Notes: a model not told the origin generated them from the letters alone. A stretch of 64,000 bases of DNA from Cenarchaeum sp. (GCA_963693095.2 OY843768.1:960001-1024000); one strand, 5' to 3'. Positions 21,334 through 31,451 are shown, numbered from the stretch's first letter. A program made the numbers and translations.

Positions 21334-22356
21334 ATGGAGCCAACAGTCACCATGGGGAGCCGCGGAATCGTCTGCCACACCAGGGGCCGCGACGTTCACC
21401 TCGATCCCTCCGGTCCCGTGGGCGGCCAGACCGCGTTCGTCTCACACGCGCACTCTGACCACCTCCCCCCGTCAGGCACGCAGGCCATTGCGTCAGCCGA
21501 GACGCGCGAGCTCGCCGGCGCCAGGGACGTGTCGCTCCACGGCGCCGAGGACGGGAGCCTCACGATGGTCGATGCGGGGCACATACTCGGCTCGCGCGGG
21601 CTGCTCTTTGATGACATATTTTACACGGGTGACATTTGCACGCGCGCACGCGCGTTCATGCGCGGGGCGCAGGTCCCGAGATGCAAGACGCTCATAACCG
21701 AGACGACGTTTGGGCTTCCGTCATTCTCGTTTCCCGAACCTGCCGAGGTCGCAAGGAGGGTCAACGGGATAATATCGTCCATGTTTGAGCGCGGAAGGCC
21801 AGTGGTCCTCATGGGGTACCAGCTAGGAAAGGCCCAGCTCCTAGCGCACATGTTTGGGCACTGGGCGCCGCTCTATGCGCATGACTCGATAAAGGCGATA
21901 AATGACGTGCATGCAAGGATTGGGGTTCGCCTTCCAGAGACCGTGGGCCACACAGAAGCCGAGTCGCGCGGGCTCCTCGAGCGCGGGCCATGGGTCATGA
22001 TATCGCCGATGGCCACATCAAGGGACGGGTTTGTCGCCGGCCTGCAGAAAAAGTATGGTGCCGCAACCGTGGCATTTAGCGGATGGGCTGGATCCGGCCA
22101 TGCTGCGGCACGGCGCGGCGCAGACTATACCGTGCCGCTAAGCGACCATTGTGACTTTGGCGAGCTCGTGGGCATGGTTGTCGCTAGCGGCGCCGAGACT
22201 GTATACACGACACACGGGTATGTCGACGAGTTTAGCGCGCACCTGCGCTCGATGGGAATTGACGCAAGGCCGCTCTCAAGGCAGCGGGCTGAACGGGTCG
22301 CGCCGTCCACGCGTGGGGCGCGAGCCCGTCGTGGCCGCAGGGCACTCAACGGTTAA
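21334..22356 (+). CDS. MBL-fold beta-CASP exonuclease
   Basis: SHAHSDH, AGHILGS, YTGD, ETTFG, LSDHCDF, THG. Confidence 0.85.
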   Translation: MEPTVTMGSRGIVCHTRGRDVHLDPSGPVGGQTAFVSHAHSDHLPPSGTQAIASAETRELAGARDVSLHGAEDGSLTMVDAGHILGSRGLLFDDIFYTGDICTRARAFMRGAQVPRCKTLITETTFGLPSFSFPEPAEVARRVNGIISSMFERGRPVVLMGYQLGKAQLLAHMFGHWAPLYAHDSIKAINDVHARIGVRLPETVGHTEAESRGLLERGPWVMISPMATSRDGFVAGLQKKYGAATVAFSGWAGSGHAAARRGADYTVPLSDHCDFGELVGMVVASGAETVYTTHGYVDEFSAHLRSMGIDARPLSRQRAERVAPSTRGARARRGRRALNG

Positions 22357-22385
22357 TTAACCGCCCCGCCGGCGCGCCGCCTAGT

Positions 22386-22489
22386 GCCGGGGTCGCCTAG
22401 CCTGGTAGGGCGCGCGCCTGGAAACCTGCATGGGCCTCAGAGCGCGTATCTTAATCGGTACGGGAGTTCGAATCTCCCCCCCGGCGCCA
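22386..22489 (+). tRNA. tRNA-Ser(GGA) with short (~17 nt) anticodon-loop intron and encoded CCA
   Basis: GCCGGGG/CCCCGGC acceptor stem, GCCTAGCCTGGTAGGGC D arm, CGCGC-CT-GGA-A...GCGCG anticodon arm with insertion, long variable arm, GGGAGTTCGAATCTCCC T arm, G73. Confidence 0.85.
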
Positions 22490-22525
22490 AAACAGCAATT
22501 ACAGGGACGCCTCAGGCGTGCTGCG

Positions 22526-23821
22526 ATGGCGAGATTTGACGTCGCAATTGTGGGCGCAGGCGTGCTCGGCGCGTGCGTCGCGTACTGGGTGTCATCAGCG
22601 TGCCGCGGCTCTGTCTGTGTCCTAGAGGCCGAGGAGATGCCGGCTGCCCATGCGAGCTCGCGCAACACGGGCGTCGTCCACTCGCCGTTCTACCTAGATC
22701 CCCGCACGCGCGCTGACATGGCCTCTGCAATGGTCACATCGAGGCCAATGTGGAGGCGCCTCGCCGAGCGCGCCGGTGCGCCATGGTCAGAGGTCGGCGT
22801 GATGGAGGTCGCAGTTGGCGAGTCGCAGCGCAGCACGCTAGAGCGCCACATGGAATGGGGCAGCGCAAACGGAATGCCCGACGGCGAGCTCGAACTGCTC
22901 GACGGGCGCGACGTGGAGGCCGCAGAGCCCAACATCAGGTGCAGTGCTGCCCTGCGATGCGCAACAGAGGCGGCAACTGACTATGCGCACCTGACGCGCG
23001 CAGTGATTGGAGAGGCCGAGTCAAACGGGGCAAAGTTTGCCTTTGGGCACGACGTGTCGCGCATTGAGGAGTCTGGATCTGGCCATGCGCTAGTCACGCA
23101 GGATGGGACGCGAATCGAGGCCGGACTCGTCATAAACTGTGCCGGTGCGCGCTCACTTGACGTTGCGCGAATGGCAGGCCAGGCCGAGGGCCACACCGCG
23201 CTGCACTTTCGTGGCGAGTACTGGCAGGCCGCAGTTGAGCATGCCGGCCTAGTCGGCACGTCTGTCTATTCGGTTCCGCGCTATCCCGAGTACCCCTTTC
23301 TTGACCCGCACTGGATCGTCAGGGCAGACGGGCGCGCCGAGATTGGGCCCAACGCAGTTCCCGTGGCCGGGCCGCTCGCGTACACGGGCTCGGGCGGCCC
23401 GCGCGCAATTGTCTCAAAGCTCGGCGAGGTCCTCTCGGGGAGCGCCTCGCGCATCCTGCGCGATCCCGAATTTTTGCGCATGGCCGCCTCGGAGTGGCGC
23501 AGCTCCATGTCCAGGGCAGCGATGGTCTCGCGCATCCGCGCATTTGTGCCGTCGGCGCGCGAGGAGATGTTCCCGCGCAACGGAATAGCAGGCATACGAA
23601 CGCCCATCGTGGGGCCGGACGGAAAGATGTCGACTGAGACGATCGAGATTTTTGCCGAGTCCGCATGCAGCGTGATAAACTACAACTCGCCGGGCGCAAC
23701 TGGCGCACCGGCGTATGCCGCGCGCCTCGTCGCGAGGCTGCGCGAGGGCGGATACCTCCACGGGGATGGAGGCGACGGGGAGCGCGTGTGGACAGAGGCC
23801 GAGGCGCTGCGGCAAGGTTAA
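22526..23821 (+). CDS. FAD-dependent oxidoreductase (LhgO/L-2-hydroxyglutarate oxidase-like)
   Basis: DVAIVGAGVLG, HASSRNTGVVH, INCAG, FRGEY, IGPNA, SPGAT. Confidence 0.85.
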   Translation: MARFDVAIVGAGVLGACVAYWVSSACRGSVCVLEAEEMPAAHASSRNTGVVHSPFYLDPRTRADMASAMVTSRPMWRRLAERAGAPWSEVGVMEVAVGESQRSTLERHMEWGSANGMPDGELELLDGRDVEAAEPNIRCSAALRCATEAATDYAHLTRAVIGEAESNGAKFAFGHDVSRIEESGSGHALVTQDGTRIEAGLVINCAGARSLDVARMAGQAEGHTALHFRGEYWQAAVEHAGLVGTSVYSVPRYPEYPFLDPHWIVRADGRAEIGPNAVPVAGPLAYTGSGGPRAIVSKLGEVLSGSASRILRDPEFLRMAASEWRSSMSRAAMVSRIRAFVPSAREEMFPRNGIAGIRTPIVGPDGKMSTETIEIFAESACSVINYNSPGATGAPAYAARLVARLREGGYLHGDGGDGERVWTEAEALRQG

Positions 23822-23849
23822 TACCGCACCCCGCCCACGTGCGGCATCG

Positions 23850-24110
23850 ATGATGCCTAGCACGTGCTCTGTTGGCGAGAAGGGCAGGCGGTGCCCCAAT
23901 GCGCCCACAAAGGTCATCTCCATAGAGTCAACTGACGGCGAGTACATGGTCGGCGTGTCATGCGAGCGCCATGCCGCAGCCATGCGAGCTCGCGTCATGG
24001 CCCTGCAGCGCCTCGGCAGCATCAGGGAAGGCAGCGTGCGCCTAGCGCCGCTTAGCGCAGTGGGAACCGACTGCATCAGGGGGGACGGCGATGACCTCAT
24101 CATGCCATGA
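23850..24110 (+). CDS. Small hypothetical protein (Cys-containing)
   Basis: MMPSTCSVGEKGRRCPNAP...VGTDCIRG. Confidence 0.65.
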   Translation: MMPSTCSVGEKGRRCPNAPTKVISIESTDGEYMVGVSCERHAAAMRARVMALQRLGSIREGSVRLAPLSAVGTDCIRGDGDDLIMP

Positions 24111-24149
24111 TGGGCGCGTGGCGTTGAGCCCGCGCCCTGGAGGCCATGC

Positions 24150-24623
24150 GTGGACGTGGGTGCGATGTGGAGAATAGAGCGCGAGGAGGACTATTACAGG
24201 ATATACGACTCTAGGAGGGACATTGCCGCATACCTGGATCCCGACTATGGCCTCTCCTATGACGACGAGGGCGTCGATGAAAAGATCGACGAGATGGTTC
24301 GCCGCGGGAGCAGCGTTCGCGGCGGGTATGTCATGGTTCCAATGGCAAAGTTTGGCATATTTGACACTGACTATAACGCGAATATCGCAAGCCTCCAGGA
24401 GAGCCTAGGCGGCGTGGTGAGCCGCGTGGAGCGCTGGCGCGAGTTCGCCGAGTCGTGGCCCGGCGGTGCAGAGCACCATGTGCGCATATCGCACACGGAT
24501 CATGACATGCTCAGCGTCACGTTCTATGTGCCGTTTGGGCGCGACGTGCGCCTCAAAAATGACGAGCTCATCGAGGCCGTGACCCCAATGCTCGACGAGC
24601 TTGCAAAAAGGAGCCTGCTCTAG
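24150..24623 (+). CDS. Hypothetical protein
   Basis: 157-aa ORF, typical codon usage. Confidence 0.7.
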   Translation: MDVGAMWRIEREEDYYRIYDSRRDIAAYLDPDYGLSYDDEGVDEKIDEMVRRGSSVRGGYVMVPMAKFGIFDTDYNANIASLQESLGGVVSRVERWREFAESWPGGAEHHVRISHTDHDMLSVTFYVPFGRDVRLKNDELIEAVTPMLDELAKRSLL

Positions 24624-25114
24624 CCGGCAGGCCTGCCGCGCTGCGCGTCAGCAAAGGCCGAGAGGGCCTCAGACTCATACTCGAAGGCGTCCTGCAGCAG
24701 CGCATCAGAGCGCGACCTGCTAGACTCATCACGCAGGCGAACCCACTCTGCGTGCGCCTCATCGCTGTCGCGCTGCGACACAGCAGAGAGCTCAAACAGC
24801 CTGACTGCCGCACCAAATCCCTGCGGCGCATCAAGGGATGAGTATCGCGCGACAATGCCATCCATGCGATCCAGGTGCATGTCATAGTATTCCAGCATTG
24901 CGGCATCAGTCATGTTGCCCGCACTCCACGCGCGTGTGCGCAGCGCAAGGGCGTCCTGCGCGGCCTTTAGATCGTCTTGCGTGTTGAGGAGCGAGTTTCC
25001 AAACATGAGTCCGGCAACACGAACCTGCTCGCGCGTGTGGTGCGTATAGGCTGCTGCGACCACGATTACTGCAATGACGCCGGCGGCAATTATGATCTTT
25101 TGCGTGTCATTCAA
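24620..25114 (-). CDS. Hypothetical membrane-anchored protein
   Basis: N-terminal hydrophobic helix IIIAAGVIAVIVVAAAY. Confidence 0.7.
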   Translation of the reverse strand: MNDTQKIIIAAGVIAVIVVAAAYTHHTREQVRVAGLMFGNSLLNTQDDLKAAQDALALRTRAWSAGNMTDAAMLEYYDMHLDRMDGIVARYSSLDAPQGFGAAVRLFELSAVSQRDSDEAHAEWVRLRDESSRSRSDALLQDAFEYESEALSAFADAQRGRPAG

Positions 25115-25116
25115 GG

Positions 25117-25410
25117 CTATCCGACATAATGGCCGTGCTCGTCTGTCACGAGGTCGATCGTCATCTCGGTTCCGCTGATGAACGAATCGTTGCGTATTGT
25201 CCTCACGCGGCCGACATCAAGGTGATGGGGCCAGATCTCCACGACGATGGCGCCCACCTCGATCTCATCAGGCGCGTCAGTCAGGACAATGTCCTCGGCG
25301 CGCACGCCATGGTCCTGCAGCTTTTTGAGCGCGTGCTCGACGAGGGGTTCGGGATTGTTGTGGTTTATCGCCCACACCTTGCCAGTGTAGGAGATTGCGG
25401 CCTCTGGCAA
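25117..25410 (-). CDS. Hypothetical protein
   Basis: 97-aa ORF tightly packed between co-oriented genes. Confidence 0.7.
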   Translation of the reverse strand: MPEAAISYTGKVWAINHNNPEPLVEHALKKLQDHGVRAEDIVLTDAPDEIEVGAIVVEIWPHHLDVGRVRTIRNDSFISGTEMTIDLVTDEHGHYVG

Positions 25411-25413
25411 TAC

Positions 25414-25650
25414 TCACTCCTCGCTTATCACGTTTAGCGTGATCGTGCTCACGACGCGCGTGAGCTTGCGTATGCGCGTGGCCACTGTCCTCTCAAACTC
25501 CTCAGTCGTCGGCGTCTCGACCTCGGCGATAATGTCGTACGCCCCAAAGGTGAGGCGTGCCGTCTTTACGCCGGGTATTCGCGATATCTCCTCGAGGACG
25601 TACTCTTCGGCCCCAAGGTCACAGTTGAGTAGCACATATCCGGCGTGCAT
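25414..25650 (-). CDS. Stand-alone Lrp/AsnC ligand-binding (RAM) domain protein
   Basis: YVLLNCDLG.E...FGAYDIIAEV...IRKLTRVVSTITL. Confidence 0.88.
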   Translation of the reverse strand: MHAGYVLLNCDLGAEEYVLEEISRIPGVKTARLTFGAYDIIAEVETPTTEEFERTVATRIRKLTRVVSTITLNVISEE

Positions 25651-25690
25651 TGCGCAACGCGCCCATCAAGGCCACTTTAAAGCGTGTCGG

Positions 25691-27097
25691 CTACCAGCGG
25701 CTGCGAAGGCCGCGATAGTCCCTCTTTGCGCCACGAAAGCTGCGCGGTGGGCCGCCACTGCGGCCGCCTCCCTCGCGGCCGCCGCCCTCGCGCCTGCCAC
25801 CCTCACGGCCGCCACGTGAGCCCCCACGGTCACGGCCACGCGGCCCGTCGCGGTCACGGCCACGGCCCCTAAAGCCACCGCGCCTTTGGGGCCCTCGCTG
25901 GCCAAATCGTGAGCCTGCGCGCGGAACGTCGCGCTTTAGGCGGTCAGGTATGTTGACCTCTATTCCCAGCGACGCGTTGAGGTCAGTCATGTCGACCTTT
26001 ACCTGCCGCTTTATGATGTTAAAGTCGCCCACTGACGAGTATGAGACTAGCGTGATCGCGCGTCCCTTGGCGCCTGCGCGCGCCGTGCGCCCGATGCGGT
26101 GAAAGTAGACCATCTCCTGGTTTGGCACGTCATAGTTGACGACGAGGGCGACCTCGGGCACATCGATTCCGCGCGCGGCGACATCAGTGGCCGCGAGTAT
26201 CTGGGCCTTGCCCTGGCGGAACTTTGACATGGAGTGCTCGCGCTTGTTTTGGGACATGTCCCCCTCGATTGCGACTGTGTCGAACTTTTCATCGCGCAGC
26301 ATCTTTGCGACATCGCGCGTGCGCCACTTTGTAGAGCAGAACACGATCGTCTGCCCCTCCCCGTTCTCGCGTATGAATTGCGTGAGATACTTCATCTTTT
26401 CGCGGTCGCGCAGAACCAGAAACGACTGGTCAATGCCCTCGCCGCTCAGGTCATCGGCATCAAGGAGAAACTGCTTTGGGTTGTTCAGGTACTCCTCGGC
26501 GAGCCGCAGGATTGGAACCGGCATCGTCGCCGAGAATAGCGACATGACCTTCTCCTTTGGAGTCTGCGCAAGGATAAACTCAATGTCCTCAACGAACCCC
26601 ATGTCGAGCATCGTGTCGGCCTCGTCGAGCACAACGTGCGCGACATGCTCGAGGCTCACTGACTCGCGCTCTATGTGGTCTATGAGTCGGCCCGGCGTGG
26701 CGACGACAATGTCGGCCCCGCGCTCGAGCTCGTCTAGCTGTCCGCCCATGCCGGCCCCGCCATATATCGCAACCACGCGCATGCCGGTGTGCCGGCCAAA
26801 CTTTTTGATCTCGGTCGTTATCTGGAGCGCAAGCTCGCGCGTTGGCGCCACGACGAGACCCTGGATTCCGTGACCTGGATCTATTGACTGGAGCATCGAT
26901 ATCGCGTATGCTGCTGTCTTGCCGGTTCCCGTGTGGGCCTGGCCGATAACGTCACGGCCAGAAAGCAAAACGGGTATGGCCGCCTCCTGTATCGGAAAGG
27001 CCTCCTCAAAGCCCTGTTCCACTAGGGCATCTAGTATGCTCTGCTTTATTCCAAGCTCCTCGAACCGTGTCATCTCTTCTTCTTCTTCTCTAGGCAA
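25691..27097 (-). CDS. DEAD-box RNA helicase with RGG-rich tail
   Basis: Q motif, AHTGTGKT, PTRELA, TPGR, DEAD, SAT, ARGID, HRIGRTAR. Confidence 0.95.
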   Translation of the reverse strand: MPREEEEEMTRFEELGIKQSILDALVEQGFEEAFPIQEAAIPVLLSGRDVIGQAHTGTGKTAAYAISMLQSIDPGHGIQGLVVAPTRELALQITTEIKKFGRHTGMRVVAIYGGAGMGGQLDELERGADIVVATPGRLIDHIERESVSLEHVAHVVLDEADTMLDMGFVEDIEFILAQTPKEKVMSLFSATMPVPILRLAEEYLNNPKQFLLDADDLSGEGIDQSFLVLRDREKMKYLTQFIRENGEGQTIVFCSTKWRTRDVAKMLRDEKFDTVAIEGDMSQNKREHSMSKFRQGKAQILAATDVAARGIDVPEVALVVNYDVPNQEMVYFHRIGRTARAGAKGRAITLVSYSSVGDFNIIKRQVKVDMTDLNASLGIEVNIPDRLKRDVPRAGSRFGQRGPQRRGGFRGRGRDRDGPRGRDRGGSRGGREGGRREGGGREGGGRSGGPPRSFRGAKRDYRGLRSRW

Positions 27098-27193
27098 TGA
27101 CAGAGAAGGTCATTGCCGCTCCGCCATTATTCCGTTGGAGGGCGGCGATTTTGGCATATTTATAAACTATTCGCCCTAGAGGGGCTTGGGTGA

Positions 27194-27267
27194 AGCCAAT
27201 GGGGGGCTTTGAACCCCCGACCTTTCGCTTACAAGGCGAATGCTCTACCAGGCTGAGCTACATTGGC
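27194..27267 (-). tRNA. tRNA-Thr(TGT)
   Basis: Reverse complement gccaatgtagctcagcctggtagagcattcgccttgtaagcgaaaggtcgggggttcaaagccccccattggct forms a cloverleaf with anticodon TGT. Confidence 0.93.
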
Positions 27268-27350
27268 GACAGCACCCACGCGCCGGGAGTCTTGTTTAAA
27301 CCGTTTGGAGACGCGCGAGTTTTATAGAGCCACAGGCGGCCGCGCAGCCA

Positions 27351-27548
27351 GTGCGTCGTCTAAAGCCCAAAAAGCTCAAGGTCATGCTCTACGCCTTTAT
27401 GGCCACTGGGGTGTTTGGCATAATCATGGGTCTAGTGACAGAGACCTTTTATGTGACGTTCCTAGGCACGATAAACCTCTGCCTCGGGGGCCTCGTCGGG
27501 TGGCTCTACCTGACGCGCCAGCCAAGGCGTGGCCGGCACCGCAATTAA
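27351..27548 (+). CDS. Small 2-TM membrane protein
   Basis: Two hydrophobic segments flanked by basic residues; TTTTATA upstream. Confidence 0.7.
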   Translation: MRRLKPKKLKVMLYAFMATGVFGIIMGLVTETFYVTFLGTINLCLGGLVGWLYLTRQPRRGRHRN

Positions 27549-27585
27549 GACATAAATACTGATGATCTTGCGCGCGCGCACAGAG

Positions 27586-28137
27586 TTGATTGATCTTGTG
27601 GCAAAGCGCCTCTTTCTCACAAAGGGAAAGGGCGTCCACGAGGATCGCCTGACGAGCTTTGAGTATGCGCTTCGCGATGCCGGCATTGCGGGCACAAACC
27701 TTGTCCTGATATCGAGCATATTCCCGCCAAAGGCAAAGCTCATCTCCAGAAAGGCCGGCCTCGCCGAGATAAAGGCCGGCCAGATACTCTTTACGATATA
27801 CTCCAAAAACCAGACAAACGAGCCACACCGGCTCTGTGCCGCATCAGTCGGCGTTGCGCAGCCAAAGGACACCAAGCGCTACGGGTACCTCTCCGAGTAC
27901 GACTCGTTTGGGCAGAACGAAAAGCAGGCCGGCGACTATGCCGAGGATGTCGCCGCGCAGATGCTCGCATCCTCGCTTGGGATAAAGTTTGACATTGACA
28001 AGAGCTGGGACGAAAAGAGGCAACAGTGGACGATATCGGGACAGATATACAAGACGTCAAACGTGACGCAGACGGCAAAGGGAGATCGCGGCGGCAAGTG
28101 GACAACGGTCTTTGCTGCTGCCGTGCTTTTATTCTAG
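27586..28137 (+). CDS. pdaD: Pyruvoyl-dependent arginine decarboxylase
   Basis: SFEYALRDAGI...NLVLISSIFP self-cleavage site; YGYLSEY. Confidence 0.92.
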   Translation: MIDLVAKRLFLTKGKGVHEDRLTSFEYALRDAGIAGTNLVLISSIFPPKAKLISRKAGLAEIKAGQILFTIYSKNQTNEPHRLCAASVGVAQPKDTKRYGYLSEYDSFGQNEKQAGDYAEDVAAQMLASSLGIKFDIDKSWDEKRQQWTISGQIYKTSNVTQTAKGDRGGKWTTVFAAAVLLF

Positions 28138-29312
28138 CGCCTTCGCAGCAGATAGAGCGCAGCTCCGGCGGCTCCGGCAATGATTGCGCCCATCACATAG
28201 AGAATTAGCGGGTCGGTCCCGTCAGTTCCTGACGGTGCCGGGGCAACAGTCGGGGGCTGTGGGACAGTTGGCTGCGATGGCTCTAAAGGCTCGTCGATCG
28301 GAACTATAGAGAATGCGAGCTCCTCGTCCTCGACTAGCCTGTTGTCGCCAAACAGGAAGCGTCCGTCTATGAACGGGCCTGTCGAGGGGTCAAAGACCCA
28401 GCCAGAGTGGCCGACTGCTGACGGGAGGAGCTCGCCGTTGATAAAGACTGTCGGAAGGAGTGTCGTCGAGGACGGCAGTATTCGCGAGGGCACGTCGGGA
28501 ACCACTATGGCGCGAACCAGCGAACCGAGCGGATTGGAGCCGTATGGAAACACGCTAGAGCGCTCAAGGGAGCTGACCGGCAGGAGCGCAAGCGGGTCGA
28601 TCTCGCGCGAGTCAGCGCCCTCAAGGATCGCCGAGACGCGAACCTGCATGAGCGGCGCGCCGGCCACCGGCGTCATGGAGATCAGCATCTGCGAGTCCTC
28701 AAGCGCAACTATGCGCCTAGACGCCTCGTAAAAGCCGCCCCCGTCGCGTATGTCGCGCGAGAGGATGATGCCGCCGATCTTTGTGTGCATCGAGGCCGTG
28801 TGCTCTTGCGGCATCGTATAGACTGCCGAGACTATGCGCCGGTCAGCAGCCTGCGCAAGGCGTGCGCCCTCGCTGTGGTGGATATAGACCGAGTGAAACG
28901 ATGCGCGCGTGTCAAATGCCGCGTTGAGCTCGTCGATATACGAGTCGCCGATCTCCCTCGCGCCTGCCTGCACCTCGTCAATGCCGCTCCACTCTCCGCT
29001 GCGCAGCGCGCTCACTAGTATGCACGACTCGCCAAGGACGCCGGGGACGCACGAGTCCTCGTTGGTCACTGCGATGTAGGCAATGCGATCGTCTGCCCCA
29101 ATTCTTGAGGCAAGCTCGTCGGGGAGCGTGATGTCATCTGTGCTCGTGCTCTGGAGCGTTATCGAGACTGTCGTGTTGCCGGCACCGGCCGTGTTGACTA
29201 GAACCTGCGCGACCTCGTGGAATGGAACAGTGTCGTCATCCTGGGCAACGGACGGCAAGACTTGCGACACGGCCACCAATAGGGCGGCAAGCATCAGAAT
29301 CCTGGCGAACAC
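28134..29312 (-). CDS. Exported protein with C-terminal membrane anchor
   Basis: Signal peptide, Pro-rich linker, C-terminal TM followed by RRR. Confidence 0.75.
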   Translation of the reverse strand: MFARILMLAALLVAVSQVLPSVAQDDDTVPFHEVAQVLVNTAGAGNTTVSITLQSTSTDDITLPDELASRIGADDRIAYIAVTNEDSCVPGVLGESCILVSALRSGEWSGIDEVQAGAREIGDSYIDELNAAFDTRASFHSVYIHHSEGARLAQAADRRIVSAVYTMPQEHTASMHTKIGGIILSRDIRDGGGFYEASRRIVALEDSQMLISMTPVAGAPLMQVRVSAILEGADSREIDPLALLPVSSLERSSVFPYGSNPLGSLVRAIVVPDVPSRILPSSTTLLPTVFINGELLPSAVGHSGWVFDPSTGPFIDGRFLFGDNRLVEDEELAFSIVPIDEPLEPSQPTVPQPPTVAPAPSGTDGTDPLILYVMGAIIAGAAGAALYLLRRR

Positions 29313-29442
29313 GCGCGCGACCCGTGCGCCATGACTTAAAAGTCATGCGGGGGCGCACGACGCCACAACTGCCTCGCGAACCGCGCGTGTGGCGGCCATG
29401 GATGTTCCGGACAATGGCACCATTATCAAGGCCATGGCAGGA

Positions 29443-29937
29443 TCAAGATCGGGCAGACAAGACGTCCGAAAAGCGCATTCCGCACTTTGCCAGCCGGATT
29501 TTTAGAGTTTGGTTGCCAAAGGACAATGTGTCATTCTTTGTGTGAAGAATTGTGCTAATTGTTGACAATTTTTTAAGTACTATGATCGCGCATGGATCGT
29601 ATTTATCACACGACACAGAGTCCAATATTGTTTTTGCCAAAACAGCACCCATACTAAGCTGATCTTGGGCTTTGGATTTATATGACTTGCCCTTAGTTTC
29701 AACTAGGCCGACGCGCAGTATGTCGCCATCTTCAAATATTATGCAGTCATTCATTTTACCAGGTGGCCTTTTATGTGGTGGTAGTTTGTCACAATCAATA
29801 ATTGTAAAATTAGTGTCAGGGTCCGCACAAAACGTACAACCACTCTTATTGTTTTTGCATTGAGGTTTTGTGTAATTCTTGCTATCATCATCGCTATAGT
29901 ATTTGGCGTGTATTTTATCCACAAATGCAGATGGCAT
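29443..29937 (-). CDS. AT-rich hypothetical protein, putative PD-(D/E)XK-like nuclease
   Basis: NDCIIFE...GLVETKG (D...ExK); start overlaps the ATPase stop. Confidence 0.6.
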   Translation of the reverse strand: MPSAFVDKIHAKYYSDDDSKNYTKPQCKNNKSGCTFCADPDTNFTIIDCDKLPPHKRPPGKMNDCIIFEDGDILRVGLVETKGKSYKSKAQDQLSMGAVLAKTILDSVSCDKYDPCAIIVLKKLSTISTILHTKNDTLSFGNQTLKIRLAKCGMRFSDVLSARS

Positions 29938-31451
29938 TATTCATCATTGTCCTCGATCATTTTTTCAATGTTAATGCCCTCATTGTGCATATTGATGCCT
30001 ATATCGATAAACTCTTCTTGCGATATGCCATCTCTTGCAGAATGATCGATTTCTTTGATGATATGATCGCCCATAGAATTTTTTTGAAATATATATGGAC
30101 CCACTTCGCTGTCGTTCAGATAGTCATCTTTGTCATATCCACGAGCCTGACGTTGTTCTGGAGTGAGTGCCCCTAGCATCACAAACGTACTAAGCTTTTC
30201 CAGCAAGAATGCACTGTGCGTTGCAAGCATAACCCTAACACCCTTTCGCACAAGACGTACAATGTATTTTGCGAGAATTAGCTGGTTGCCCGGGTGCAGA
30301 TGAGCCTCTGGTTCATCGATGATTAGTGCCATGCCCTCTCCAATCTTGAATCGAAGAAGCAGTGAAATTGGCGCACATTCGGCAATTCCAGACGAGGTGG
30401 TGTGGAGCGGAAGGTCTTTGCCCATAAATCTATACACAATGTCCAACATGCCAAAAGAGTCTTCAGATAGTACCAACTCACCGTTAAATAGATCCGTTTC
30501 CAAGCTCTTTCCAAGATCGACAAGCTCACCCGGAGTTTTTTCATCGATTGCCATTATTCGGCTAGCAAAATCCGATAGAGCGCCAGAAATTTTTGGCGTC
30601 GAGGACGGCGCATCTCCGTTTGACTGGGAATGTCGTATGACGTTGGCCATAAAGGGCCTGTACGCGTGCATTATTCCCGAGCGACCTGAAGGAAGATAGT
30701 GAGAATCCAACGGCAAGTATTTGCCAGTGTCAAGCAATATCTGTAAAAAGAGGGATAAAAGTGCGATCAGCCCGTGATTGTCACGCATTTCAAGTCCAGT
30801 CACAATTTTTTCAACCATGTCATTGAGTGGAGTGTTGTCAATGTTGTGATCTGCCATGGACTGTGGGCGTGCAGATGGAACAGTGTCGATATTTTTTATG
30901 ACATATGGCATATTGGAAAAACTATATGTTGTGCCAATTTTGTCATTGAATGAGATGGTGATTTCCAGAGAATTTGAGATTTTGATTGTTGATGACTGCG
31001 AGTTTATTCGCACAAGATCTTGGAGGTCAACACCAAAAATATTTGTGAGCATACCGGGGAGGTAAACCTCAATTGTGCGCCTAAAGATCATTGTTTTGAC
31101 CTTATCGATATATTCATTTGGTATATCCATATGTTGAGTCCCAGATGTGGAATCGAGCATAGCCTGCATTTCAGACAACAGTGCCTGGAATTCTGGTTTC
31201 AAGATCTGCCGCTCCAAAAGTGCTGGAAATGACCAAGAGCGCGTGGAGAGAACATGGGCCGAGAATAGCGAGTGTGCCAGTTTTGCGGCATATGTCTTGC
31301 CTGAATTGTTAGGACCAATAAAGAGGGTAAGTGGCCGTATCGTGAACTTGCCCTGAGAGATTGGCCCAAAGTTGGAAACATCCACACCCAGGGCAAAATC
31401 CTGGACATCCACGGAACTATTGCCCCTAGTCATACGGGAGCCCACACGCAT
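29937..31451 (-). CDS. ABC-type ATPase (AAA_15/AAA_21, AbiEii-like)
   Basis: NFGPI, FIGPNNSGKT, SSG signature, IIDEPEAHLHP, LATHS; AT-rich. Confidence 0.88.
   Translation of the reverse strand: MRVGSRMTRGNSSVDVQDFALGVDVSNFGPISQGKFTIRPLTLFIGPNNSGKTYAAKLAHSLFSAHVLSTRSWSFPALLERQILKPEFQALLSEMQAMLDSTSGTQHMDIPNEYIDKVKTMIFRRTIEVYLPGMLTNIFGVDLQDLVRINSQSSTIKISNSLEITISFNDKIGTTYSFSNMPYVIKNIDTVPSARPQSMADHNIDNTPLNDMVEKIVTGLEMRDNHGLIALLSLFLQILLDTGKYLPLDSHYLPSGRSGIMHAYRPFMANVIRHSQSNGDAPSSTPKISGALSDFASRIMAIDEKTPGELVDLGKSLETDLFNGELVLSEDSFGMLDIVYRFMGKDLPLHTTSSGIAECAPISLLLRFKIGEGMALIIDEPEAHLHPGNQLILAKYIVRLVRKGVRVMLATHSAFLLEKLSTFVMLGALTPEQRQARGYDKDDYLNDSEVGPYIFQKNSMGDHIIKEIDHSARDGISQEEFIDIGINMHNEGINIEKMIEDNDE

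Noticed and set aside
25691-25900. Short GC-rich repeats
   Set aside because: They simply encode the RGG/GGRE tail of the DEAD-box helicase.
22386-27267. tRNA-anchored integrated element
   Set aside because: No integrase, no duplicated tRNA 3' end seen, and the enclosed genes look like core genes.
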